The notes beneath the pieces were generated by a model that saw nothing but the letters and a program-made list of their open reading frames with translations, was not told where the DNA came from and ran no database searches. DNA of 63,044 bases, filler included, from Reticulomyxa filosa (taxonomy: Eukaryota > Protista > Foraminifera): assembly GCA_000512085.1 (NCBI GenBank). It is 24 parts of 24 records of this genome, joined end to end, with 100 filler letters (N's around TTAATTAATTAA, not from the genome) between each part and the next. Parts side by side here need not be neighbours in the genome. Positions count along the whole stretch, not along the records: positions 38,302 to 41,531 come from ASPP01012511.1; positions 41,632 to 46,193 come from ASPP01024698.1; positions 46,294 to 48,571 come from ASPP01007731.1; positions 48,672 to 54,329 come from ASPP01002119.1; 20 more parts are not named here. One strand, 5' to 3'. The position numbers and the translations under genes were made by a program. Positions 38,912 to 49,989 of the stretch are shown in pieces. How positions within the stretch are numbered: the stretch's first letter is position 1; every line of letters starts with the position of its first letter.

Positions 38912-39692
38912 CCATACAAAAAATACGCACCTCTTTTGTAAACTTCAAACTAAAAATTATCGCCTCTTTTTTTTTCCTTTGTTCTGTTTCGGATTGCACG
39001 GACGATTGGCATTCCAGTCTTTTTTTTTATTATTATTCGATTGTTGTTTATACTCAATGTGTGATTTTTTTTTTTTTTGAATAGTAAATAGTAATTGTTT
39101 TCCTATTTCCTCCTTCAATCACTAACTTCTTAACAAACCCTCTTAGTTATTCTTTTAAAGCATAACAGTAAATTTATAATGTAATTCTTTTCCGATCGGA
39201 ACTGGACTTTCAAAAAATTTTATATATAGGATCTCCAAACAGATCAGCAATAGGACACAATGCCCACTGACGAATTTTTCATTCAGTCAATAAAAATGGA
39301 TTGGGAGAAGATTCGCAATACAAACTAATACAAGCTACATAAGTAAGCGAATTTAATGAACCGCTTAGGAACGATATTTATAAAATGAGTATTCTAGAGG
39401 ACTCACAAAAATATTTTAAATGTCAACCTGACAAAAAAAAAAAAACTAAATTATCGAGTTTTTTTTCAGTGAAAGATTCGGACAGTTTTATGCAACAAGA
39501 TGTCATGCATTATGCCATCCTCGTCAAAACATGTTAAAAAAAAAAAAAACGAAAAAAGCATTTTTAAAAACACAACCAGAAACAAAATGTTGGAATATCA
39601 ACAAAGCACTTAGTTTATTATTATTATTATTGCAATTCTTTTCAAGTCGGATTCACGCTGTTTTTTTTTTTTTTTCTCCTTCTTTCTTTCCC

Positions 39693-40356
39693 CTAACTTG
39701 TTTCTGTGCTTTTAGGAGAAGAGATGTAAGGAACGGATTTTTGAAAAATCCAGGTAACAATAAGTTTGAAATCTTCAACAAACAATTCATGTCCCCCTCC
39801 TCCACCAACATGTCGGAAGAGCAAGATAATGTCCCCACTTTCCAAAGTACTAAAAATAGACGATATCCTTAAATGAACGTTCACCCAGTCATGCTCCGCG
39901 ACATCACAAATTCGATATTCAAATAATACTGTCTGGCTGTCGTTTGAATACGAAATGGGACGTACTGCTCGCAAGAAAAGCTGCCCTGAAATGATCCACA
40001 TCACGCAAAAATGAACAACAAACAAAAGAACTTGACAAAAATATTACCTTTGCGATTTCCCCATCCTTGATCCTTCCAGCGCAAGCGGATGTCAACGAAA
40101 TCAAGGGGTGACGACAAGAGATAACGTGATCACTCAATGGGCGATTGTAGTCAGCATATTCGCCATATAAATGCAATTGCTCTTTAATGGTGATTATTCC
40201 ATGTTTAGGTATATTTTTTGCTGAATATCGGTTCACACAACGCAGTCTTGCAGAATCTTCACTTTCTAAATATCTACTTACTTCTCGAAGTACTGGAGGA
40301 ACTAACGCAGGCTCTCCAAATGATGACTTAGTGCTTTTAGAGTTTTTTATTCCCAT
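39693..40356 (-). CDS. F-box-like protein with a C-terminal WKDQGWGNRKG...GGGGGH domain; frameshift near 40100-40135; 62-nt intron 39986-40047
   Basis: MGIKNS (myristoylation-like), then LVPPVLREVSRYLESEDSARLRCVNR (F-box-like). The shifted frame gives VDIRLRWKDQGWGNRK|GQLFLR across a GT-AG intron, joining ORF 39693-40025 (AEHDW...GDII..RHVGGGGGHELFVEDF). Confidence 0.65.
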
Positions 40357-41500
40357 CTGTGTTTATTATGTTAGAGAGTATTCTGGCCAGAGTGCTTACC
40401 ACAAAAAACACCCCTAAAATGAGTACTCACTTAAAACTAAAGTTTTGTAGTTTTTCATTATACCTACACGCCCACAAGGACTTAAGAATTTATTTGGTTT
40501 TAAATAAACAGATTGAAAAATAGGGAAATCGTTAATGTTTTTTTCATTTTGATTGAAAATTTTCTTGGCTGCCAAGACATTTTTAAAAATGCTAAACTTA
40601 ATGCTATCTCATGAAGATTTGTTAACTCTTTCAAAACAATAAAAGATTTTAATTTTTGAAAAATTAGGGGAATAATACAATCTTTGATTTCGTATACACA
40701 TGTTTTATTAATAAAACATTTGTTTTTTAATAAAATAATTTGTTACTAATTCATTTTGTAAATCTTTGAATTGTTGCTTTCCTACAACCAAAAATCTACT
40801 TCATTCTGTTTTCGAAACATTTAATATACACAATTAAATATATGTTATGATCAAATTATTTTTTTAAAACTTTTTGTTTTAGATGAGCTTTTAATTTCAC
40901 CTTCTTTACTTTTAATGAGTTATGACAAGAAGAAATTAAACACCAAGAACAACACAAAAAAAGGAACACTAAAAGAATTCTTTAGGAACGAAAGATAGAA
41001 AATGTTTTTCGAAATTACGTACCGTGTCATTGTTTTAAAACTGCAAAGTTCAACAGGCTAAGTTCCTTTTAAAAAAGGTCACTTTAAAATTTTTTTTGAA
41101 GTGCTATCTTTTCGGAATGTCAAAAAAAATTCTGAAGGAGTTCGGTCAAGATGACATTGACTCATTGTTCGACGCAAATGCTCAACCCAGAAAGCAAAAA
41201 AAAGCAAAAAAAAAAAGGATTCAAATGTTCCCAACGAAGTGTGGACTGAGGGATGGTTCGACAAGGAAGGAAACGAACTAAATAGTGAAAATCAAGACAC
41301 ACAAGCTGAGCCAAACGCTGAAAGTCAAGAAGTGCAAACCAAGAAAAAAGAGAACAAAAAACGGTTTGTCACTAAAAAAAAAGTAACAGCAAGCATATAT
41401 TACTTTCTTTTTTTGTGTTGAGACATTTTTCTTGTTGTCGTACAAGGATATTGGAAAGCAAAATGTTTGCATCTCACAATAATATATACATATACATATA

Positions 41501-41531
<31 letters not shown>

Positions 41532-41631
41532 NNNNNNNNNNNNNNNNNNNNNNNNNNNNNNNNNNNNNNNNNNNNTTAATTAATTAANNNNNNNNNNNNN
41601 NNNNNNNNNNNNNNNNNNNNNNNNNNNNNNN

Positions 41632-44045
41632 TGTCCAATCCAAATTATCATTCATTTTATTTTGTTTATTCATTTTCACAAATTTATCAATGTATCCATG
41701 CATTTGTGATTTTGAAAATGGCCACAAATATATCGTTGATGTTGTTATATAATTTGGGCCAATTAAAACTTGCTTAATATCTTCATCATTTAATACGTGG
41801 CTTCGACAAGTGACTATAGTCTTTGCATTCCATTCACTTAAATTGAAACGATCATAAAAATATCTATCATTACTATTCTTGTTATATTTATCAAATATTT
41901 CATCAAACCCATCCAAAATAAATACAAATGAAGCATGTTCACGAATTACATCCATTATCTCTTTGTTGATTTGCTTCATTTGTAACGCTTGAGAAATAAT
42001 TTGTTTTTCATTTAATTCATTGTAATGTTTTGATAATGAGATATAAATAGGAATTATTGTGGAATCATTCATATACGATTCCCACAAAGATTTTTCTAAA
42101 TGACGACAAAATAGACTTTTTCCTGATCCTGACTTTCCTTGAACTACCATTACTTGCCTTTCGTATTTTCCATTCTGTTTCTTTTCTTCTTCTCTATCTA
42201 AAAACTCCATCATATGTTGATGACAGTCATAAGAATCGTCTTTTTTATTATCATCATTATCAATATAAGGATAATTATTTGCTTGTAATGGAATATACAT
42301 TTCGAGTGCTTGTGATATTGCCACATCTTCAATCATTTCTTGTTTTCTTGATTCTTGTAATAATAATGCAAAATCAATACAACTTGCTGGATTCTTATCT
42401 CCAATAATATATTTTTTATAATATTCATATAAAAGCACATAAACAGCCTTTCCTTTTACTTTCTCTGGAGTAAATTTGCAAAGTTGTTCATATACAAATT
42501 GTATCATTTCCAATGCTGTATTATTCTTAATTTCTCCTTCACTTTTTTTGAATATTTGTGGTGGTTTTAATACTATAATATCTGAATGTGGTCTATAACG
42601 ATTTGCCATTTTTTGTATTGCCTTATCATCGATCCACTCGCAGATAACATCATTAATTTTGGTTAATATTTCATGACTTGCTTGTTTCAAATCATCATCT
42701 TCTGGATTATTTGGTTCCCATGCTCTGAGCAATTCATAATATGAATGACTTAGTTTTGGATTTTCGATCATACTGTATCCTTCCAATGTCGTATAACGCT
42801 TCAATGTGGCTTGCATTTCTACATAAACATCATATTTCGGTACATATAATTTGATATTATGAAATCGATGATGAGTCCTTGATTGTTTTTCAAAGAAATC
42901 TTTGTCTTCAGAAACAATCAAATTAAATTTTTTTGCTTCCTTCATCACCATTACTGCTGTTTTCAAGTTTGTTTGATCTTCACATAAAATAGTAAATCTT
43001 CCAATATCAAATACTTGATTATAATCTCCCTTATAATCATATTTGATCTTTTCTGATAACCTGACCTCATCCTTTACTTTTTCCGGCTTCACCACTGTAA
43101 TTGAATATTTCTCTAGCTCTTTTACTAACTTTATAATTTCATCGCTTATCATCGCAGTTTCACTCCGAGTAACTAAATCCTTTAAACTTGTTGCATGTTG
43201 TCTGATTTTTTGTGCCTTCAGTTTATATGAGGATCCCGGCGTAATCGGATAGGTATATTGATAGTGATTATTGTCTTTCACTTGTATCAAATCACCGTTT
43301 GTGGAAATTGAATATTCGGAATTAAGAAACATTGCCTTTGTAATAGAGGTAACCGTTGATTGTTTGCAATCTGGACAACGATATAATGTCTTATCAGAAA
43401 AAAATGAAATCTCTTTAAATTCTTCGTTTACCCAAACCGGGAGTCTTGCGTTCGCTGCCAAGCATTCAATATTTTCGCAAAAACCTTGCAAATTGATCCC
43501 TGGCTTAATTTCTCCAGTTTCTGTCTTTTCATCTTCTTTTTTAATTTTATGTAATTTCTCTTCCATTTGTTCATCTCCTTTCAATTCTTCATTACTTTTT
43601 GTCTTTTTTTGTAAACAAGATGAAATTTTACAATTGTGTACACAAATGGGAATGTTTACACGTATTTCAATATAACATATGATAAACCTCATTGTGTTTA
43701 ATTTCTGGCTGCTTTTCCGTAGTAGTTTTTGGATCTAAATCTTGTGCTTCAATCTGTGTTTATGTTTGATTAGTTGATTGAAAAAGCTCGTCAAATTATT
43801 TATTGTTTTTCTTTTTGGTCAGACATAAAACAATACTTTTAATGCATTACCTTCGAAATTATGTTCTCAATGACCAAAGCCACATTACCATTATTTTCTT
43901 CAAATTGTTTTTTCAATGTCTCTTCGTCTACGGCATCACCGCATAATCTCTTCAGTACTTTTATTTCTCTTGCGTATTTTCCTTGATTAGATTCATGTTG
44001 CATTCCTCCTAACAGTCTTGCATTTCCCTTTTCGACAATGTTCAA
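41632..44045 (-). CDS. NLR-like protein: small helical N-terminal exon + Cys4 zinc ribbon + RelA/SpoT-like nucleotidyltransferase + NACHT NTPase; C-terminus truncated
   Basis: Zinc ribbon PGINLQGFC.N..C...VWVN...CPDC; NTase-like region K...RL.EKI..DY.GD...VFDIGRF...HRFHNIKL...VEMQ...H..YE..R; Walker A GKSGSGKS (42115-42138); Walker B FILDGFDE; IVTCR; LWPFS. Confidence 0.85.
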
Positions 44046-44830
44046 AACAAATAAATATACAAAGACGATTGTATTTTATAAAATGTTTTAAATTTTATTC
44101 AAAACTTTAATAAACATCTCATTATTTGTACCCACAGACAGAGTAAAATGATCGTTTAATCGTTCCAAAATAATCTTTGTTTCAACTACTTTATTAATTA
44201 TTTTTATCGTATTACATATATGTATGCTTTTTCTTCTATCATTCAAAAAAATATTTTTTTAGTCCTTAAAAAAAAAAAGTGCTCTCATATATGTAAATTG
44301 CATTTTTTTTTGTTGAAATAATTAAATTAACCTTGTCCATTGTTCCATGATTTTTTCATTACGTTCCATTCATTCATCCTTGTGATGCACATATGATAGG
44401 AGTTATATTTGATAGGTTTGTTAAGCAGTGACGAAAAAAACAAAAACAGCTTTCAACCTTAAGTGTATTCCGAACATGACTGGTATGGCCGAGAACAGCA
44501 GCCCAGAAGAGATATTGTTTTTTGTTTTGCAAATTTTAATGACAGTAATAAATGAACTAAAAATTAAATCCTGTCAAAAGTTCGAAAAAGGGAAGGAAGT
44601 GCAGAAAACACCAAAAAGACGATTTTTTTAAAAAAGATATGCCTTTTTCTAAAACATTTGATCTGTTTCTTACGCTCCTGCTTTGTTGAATTTTGTTAAT
44701 TGCAACATAGTTTCGACTTTTTCAATAAAGAGAAGCGGATCATTCTAGGAGAAAAAAAAACAACATGATGCGTGCATTTGCTTATATACTTTAATTATCA
44801 CAGATGCTAAATAAAGCACACCCATGATGT

Positions 44831-45718
44831 TCATAATGATTCCCACAATTGTATCGCTCCATCACTAGAAGCTGACACAATTGTATTGCCATCTGGTGAT
44901 ACATTTACTTCTGTTATACAAGCAGAGTGTCCTTTTAATATCTGTATTTGAACTTTTAATTGTATATCCCATAATTGAATTGTTTTATCCCATGATCCAG
45001 ATATAATAGTTTGATTATCTGGAAAAAGTTGTATATCATTTATGATATCTGTATATTTAAATATTTGAATACATTTTTTGGATATTACATTCCATATTCG
45101 AATTGTATGATCTAATGAACATGAAATAATAAAATAACCAGTTGTGGAAAATATTGATTTAATTACACAATTAGAATGCCCAAATAATTGATAAAGTATT
45201 TTACCTGATTTTACATCCCATATTCTAATAATATTATCAGGTGATGATGATATAATTTGTTGACCATTAGGAGAAAATTGTATATTATTTATATCATTTG
45301 GATAAACATTTATTTTTTGAATTTCTTTTCCAGAATATAAATCCCATAATCTAATTGTTTGATCATATGAACCAGAAATAATAATTTTTTGATCTGGTGA
45401 AAAATTGATATATCCTATACCATCTGAATGTCCTTCAAGTTTTCGTATTTCTTTCCAAGATTTTACATCCCATATTCGAATTGTTTTATCATTAGAACAT
45501 GATATAATTAAATCTCCATTTAATGAAAATATTGCATCATTAACTCTAGTTAAATGTCCTCTAAGTATTTTAATTTCTTTACCTAATTTTATATCCCATA
45601 TTCGAATTGTTTCATCAATTGAAGATGAAATAATTTTAGTACAATCAGATGAAAATTTTACACTACAAACATATTTAGAATGTCCTTCAAGTGATTTTAA
45701 ATGTTTAAAATATTTCAT
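44831..45718 (-). CDS. WD40-repeat protein, 7 repeats (one beta-propeller)
   Basis: Repeated GH...V..V.FS.DG..IIS.S.D.TIRIWD. Very AT-rich codons. A possible upstream K/E-rich exon lies at about 45955-46110. Confidence 0.92.
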   Translation of the reverse strand: MKYFKHLKSLEGHSKYVCSVKFSSDCTKIISSSIDETIRIWDIKLGKEIKILRGHLTRVNDAIFSLNGDLIISCSNDKTIRIWDVKSWKEIRKLEGHSDGIGYINFSPDQKIIISGSYDQTIRLWDLYSGKEIQKINVYPNDINNIQFSPNGQQIISSSPDNIIRIWDVKSGKILYQLFGHSNCVIKSIFSTTGYFIISCSLDHTIRIWNVISKKCIQIFKYTDIINDIQLFPDNQTIISGSWDKTIQLWDIQLKVQIQILKGHSACITEVNVSPDGNTIVSASSDGAIQLWESL

Positions 45719-45732
45719 CTATTTAAAAATAT

Positions 45733-45763
<31 letters not shown>

Positions 45764-46293
45764 CATATATGATATAATTATTTAAATAAATATAAATACC
45801 ATTATATATCTTGAAATAATATTATTAAATTCATTTATCCATCCCATTTTAATAAGTAATTTATTAATCCAATGTTCAATTATTATTTTAATCCTTTTTT
45901 TTTCTATTTTTTATTTTATTTTCATTTAATTTTTAATTTTATTTCATCTACATACTTAACTTTTAATTTTTCAATATCAGGTCCTTCTTTCATTCCTTCC
46001 AATTCTTTTTTAATATTTTCAATTTCTATTTTTTCTTTCTCAATTGCTTTTTTATCTTTTATCCATTCATCTACATTTGTTTTCATATTTTATTGTCTTT
46101 ATTATCTTTTCCTCTTGTACCGACATAGAGCACACATTGAACACGTGAAAGTGGAATTGACAAAGTTGCTAAACCTTCAAAAGGACCTATACTNNNNNNN
46201 NNNNNNNNNNNNNNNNNNNNNNNNNNNNNNNNNNNNNTTAATTAATTAANNNNNNNNNNNNNNNNNNNNNNNNNNNNNNNNNNNNNNNNNNNN

Positions 46294-46330
<37 letters not shown>

Positions 46331-46334
<4 letters not shown>

Positions 46335-48078
46335 TGCCAAGTAACTTCGACAATTCCAATGAATTTGTCCAAAAAGTTCTTTTGAGTTGTAGCAGAGCTT
46401 CGTCCTGCTCCTAACAATTCTAGAAAATATTCAATGGAAGCTTCAATGCGACCTATTTTCGCTGACAAATATCCCAAGTTGTAATTAATGTGATTTTCGA
46501 TATGACTCCAGCCACGCTCTGCATAGATCAGCATTGCACCGGAATAACAACGGATAGCATGCTCTTTCTTTTATTTACATATTTATATACACATACACAT
46601 ATACACATATGTATATAAATCGATCGATTGGAATAAAAGGGAAGAAAGAAAGAAACCTGATCGCATTCTTTATATAAGTGTGCTGCTAAAATCAAATGAA
46701 AAGCATACTTTCGAAGCAAAGGTGAGCGATCTGAACCAGCCCTTAAGTATGCAAATGCAGCCTGTTCCAACAGCATTGCGGATCGGTGTTTGGCTTCCTG
46801 TTTCCAAAATGTTACCAAAAAAAGATTTAGCAAGAATGTACACTGCATATTCAAATATATATGTATTATAAGGTCAGGTTAAAACTCGTTCGGAAGGTCG
46901 CAATAAAATCTTTGAGATCATGTCGTGATTGAACGAATGACCTAAGCTGCAATGTGCCATCCACGACCACATAGAGGCTCTACTGCTACGTCGGATATCG
47001 TCTATAATGCATCCCATCATTTGTTATTGCTTACAATCATTAGTGAGTTGTGTTAAGTATTTGGTGACACTTGTGTTTGTCGACCTTTTGCAGTGGCCTC
47101 ACCTGTAGAATTCTTCTTAACTGATTTCCACATATTCATTGAAAGCCGCATCAAAAAACGTTTCCATGTCTTTTCGGTTGCTGTTGTACGCGCCTTTGTG
47201 TGAGATGCATTTGTTTGTTTGTTGGATGTGAGAAGTTGTTTGTATGTCACATATGAACAAAAAGAAAGGAAGGGAAAATATAAATGTATATACATATATG
47301 TTACCAGTGGAGAGCGTGGACGGCTCATCCGGTAAGGTTCGAAAACTCATCCACGACGGTGTGGCCATAGCTTTGCTTAACAAGGCAGCACACAATGCGG
47401 CCATTTCGAAAGCGCCCGCCAAATAATTCTTGGCACCATCCGATTTGTAGTCATTGATGGCCAGCTTGTAATGTTCCAAGGCGAGTTCATATTGTTGCAT
47501 GATGAAGGACAGATCCGCCAATTGCCGAATGGCGCTCTCAATGCTGTCCAGCCCGTAAAAAGGAGCTTCATCTTCGATCATCGACATATCATTTGAATTG
47601 CTGCTACTGGACGAGAATTGGCTCGCCATCGCGTGTGCTCCTCCTCCTCCGGTTGTAATCGATAATACATTGCTGGTGCTACCGCCAATAGTGCTCGTGT
47701 AACGGCCACTGCTGCTGCTATTGCTATTGCTATTGCTATTGCTATTGCTAGTGCTACTGTTAGCAACCGCCATACTTTTGGATCGCTCCAGTCGACGTTG
47801 TTGCGTTTCGGGCTTCGGCTTTTTCCCGGAAAACAAGCGTCGAAATGTCTGTGACAGACTCTTTCTTTCTTGCGCCACAACTATGTACAAGTCGTGGATT
47901 CGCTTTTCTGCAAATGGTAGTATGCCATATGTGATCACGTCGGTTACCATTTGATTTAAGATGTTCAAATCTTCTTCGTTCAAGAACACTCCTTTAAGCC
48001 AATCCACAGAGCACATTGTTTGCAACAAAAAGATATTTGAATAACACATATTTGACAAAATATATATCTGCGAATAGG

Positions 48079-48114
<36 letters not shown>

Positions 48115-48440
48115 AACCGTGCAATGGTGCCTTAAGCGTCTTGTTGACGCAGCGTGGTGATTTAATGTTATAGCCATGCGACCAGCTTCGCTCAGGGCTG
48201 CTTTGCAAATCTTTCATGTCTTGTAGCACCTCTTCCAACGGTAGCTTGCGCTGTCGCCGTGCGTTGCTCGTGGCCAACGCATTGTTAATCGGCGCCGTGG
48301 GCGGGAAGTTGGGGTTGATGTACGCGCGCCACAGATCCAATGTTTCGTGATTAGGCGCATTTTCTGGGATCGAATTGATGTGCAACAATTTGAAGTTAAA
48401 TTGACTGAACGAACGCTTCATCTCTTCGAACAACGGTTTG
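46331..48440 (-). CDS. TRAPPC8: Trafficking protein particle complex subunit 8 (Trs85), internal multi-exon fragment
   Basis: GILPFAEKRI..L; ESAIRQLADLSFIMQQYELALEHY..AINDYKSD.A..YLAGAFEMAAL; RSAMLLEQAA..LRKYAFHLILAAHLY; GWSHIENHINYNLG. Confidence 0.9.
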
Positions 48441-48532
48441 ATACTTGTTTACAGTGTTGGGGAAAAGGGGATGCACAAAAGTTTTTTTTTTTTCAAAAAA
48501 AAAAATAATAATAATGAACTTCAACACTATCC

Positions 48533-48571
<39 letters not shown>

Positions 48572-49989
48572 NNNNNNNNNNNNNNNNNNNNNNNNNNNNN
48601 NNNNNNNNNNNNNNNTTAATTAATTAANNNNNNNNNNNNNNNNNNNNNNNNNNNNNNNNNNNNNNNNNNNNAAAAGAAAAAAAATGATTTATAACAAAAA
48701 AGAAAAAAAAAAGATAAGATAAAAAAAGAAAAATGTATAGAAAAAATAAATATTTTTATAAGAAGAAAGAATAAGAAAAGAAAATAATAAATGAAAAAGA
48801 AAAAAATAATATAAATAAAAGTGGAAAAAAAGATAATAGAAAGAAAAAATTATAATTGAAAGTTAATTTTAATTTTTTTTTATTATCCTGCGTGAGGATA
48901 ACAAAGTTAATATATTCTTTTTCTTTATGTGTTTGTTTAAAAATTTGAATTATACTTATCACATCATAGAAATCGAACTGTGTATCCATACGTCGTGCGT
49001 GGGTTCAAAATTCAAATAGATACTCACATCAAACGACGCGCTTCCAAGACACTTCAAATTGACTACCAATTGGACCATATTTATCTAAAGAATCCGCTTT
49101 ATCTATTATCGAACCTTAGCTATATACGTGCAAACTTGAACAAGTACGTTTACCTCCAATTCAAAGCAAAATTTCACAATGTCGATATTACGTGCATATG
49201 AGTCAAACATTACATCCAACACAATACAAGACAAAATCCTCGTGCCCAAATAGCGCCATCAAAAGTAGAAAGATTAATGCTGAATTTAATTTGAAATAAA
49301 TAGTTATCTTCTATTTCTTTAATAATCTTTAATGCGCTTATTATTTCTGTGCATATGTATGTACATAGATTTGAAACAAAACTCGTTATCTAAGCGAAAG
49401 CATTATAGCTTATTTATCATTTCTTCAAAACAGAATTGCTGACCATGTTTTGGCTTAACCGGGAGTTTGTGATGTTGGTACTGTCTGTGACCCATCTGAG
49501 CATTTTCAATAATAGTGTTGCACATAGTCCTATTTCCAGGTGTATATCTTGTTCTTATTATGTTTTTAGTTAATCAAAATAATGTGGACATGAACCTTTT
49601 GATTGTATAGTAATTTACTTCAGGTGTGGAACAAAGCAAAGAGAAAGAGAAAAAAGCAGCAGACGAAAAGTAGATTAATGAAGGGAGAAAAAGAAACACA
49701 AACGATAAATGGAGACTCTCTTCCAATTACAATTGGCACAGCCTTTGTGTTGATTTGGTAGAAGATAATAAAGATATGATATTACAATTTGATTGCAAAG
49801 GAATTATGGCTATTATCATCAAGAAGATTGGAAGGAATGATTGAATGGATTATTTTATTCTATGATGGAATGCCTTTGAAAGAATATTGGGGTTAAAAAA
49901 ACCATTGTCTTTCTTTTTAAACAATTTGTATTGATTATTATTTGTTGTTTTTGTGTTTACAACAACTAGAATACACTAAATCCACTGTT

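Noticed and set aside
42718-43095. Bacterial contamination as the source of the RelA/SpoT-like domain
   Set aside because: It is in frame with a NACHT that has a paralogue elsewhere in the window, upstream intron-like spacers are present, and base composition matches the host. Ancient horizontal transfer is not excluded.
47709-47760. (CTATTG)n, (GAA)n, (TTG)n and (TA)n tracts as functional repeats or telomeres
   Set aside because: These are simple microsatellites encoding SN, polyE or polyQ, or lying in introns; many contigs simply break at such tracts.
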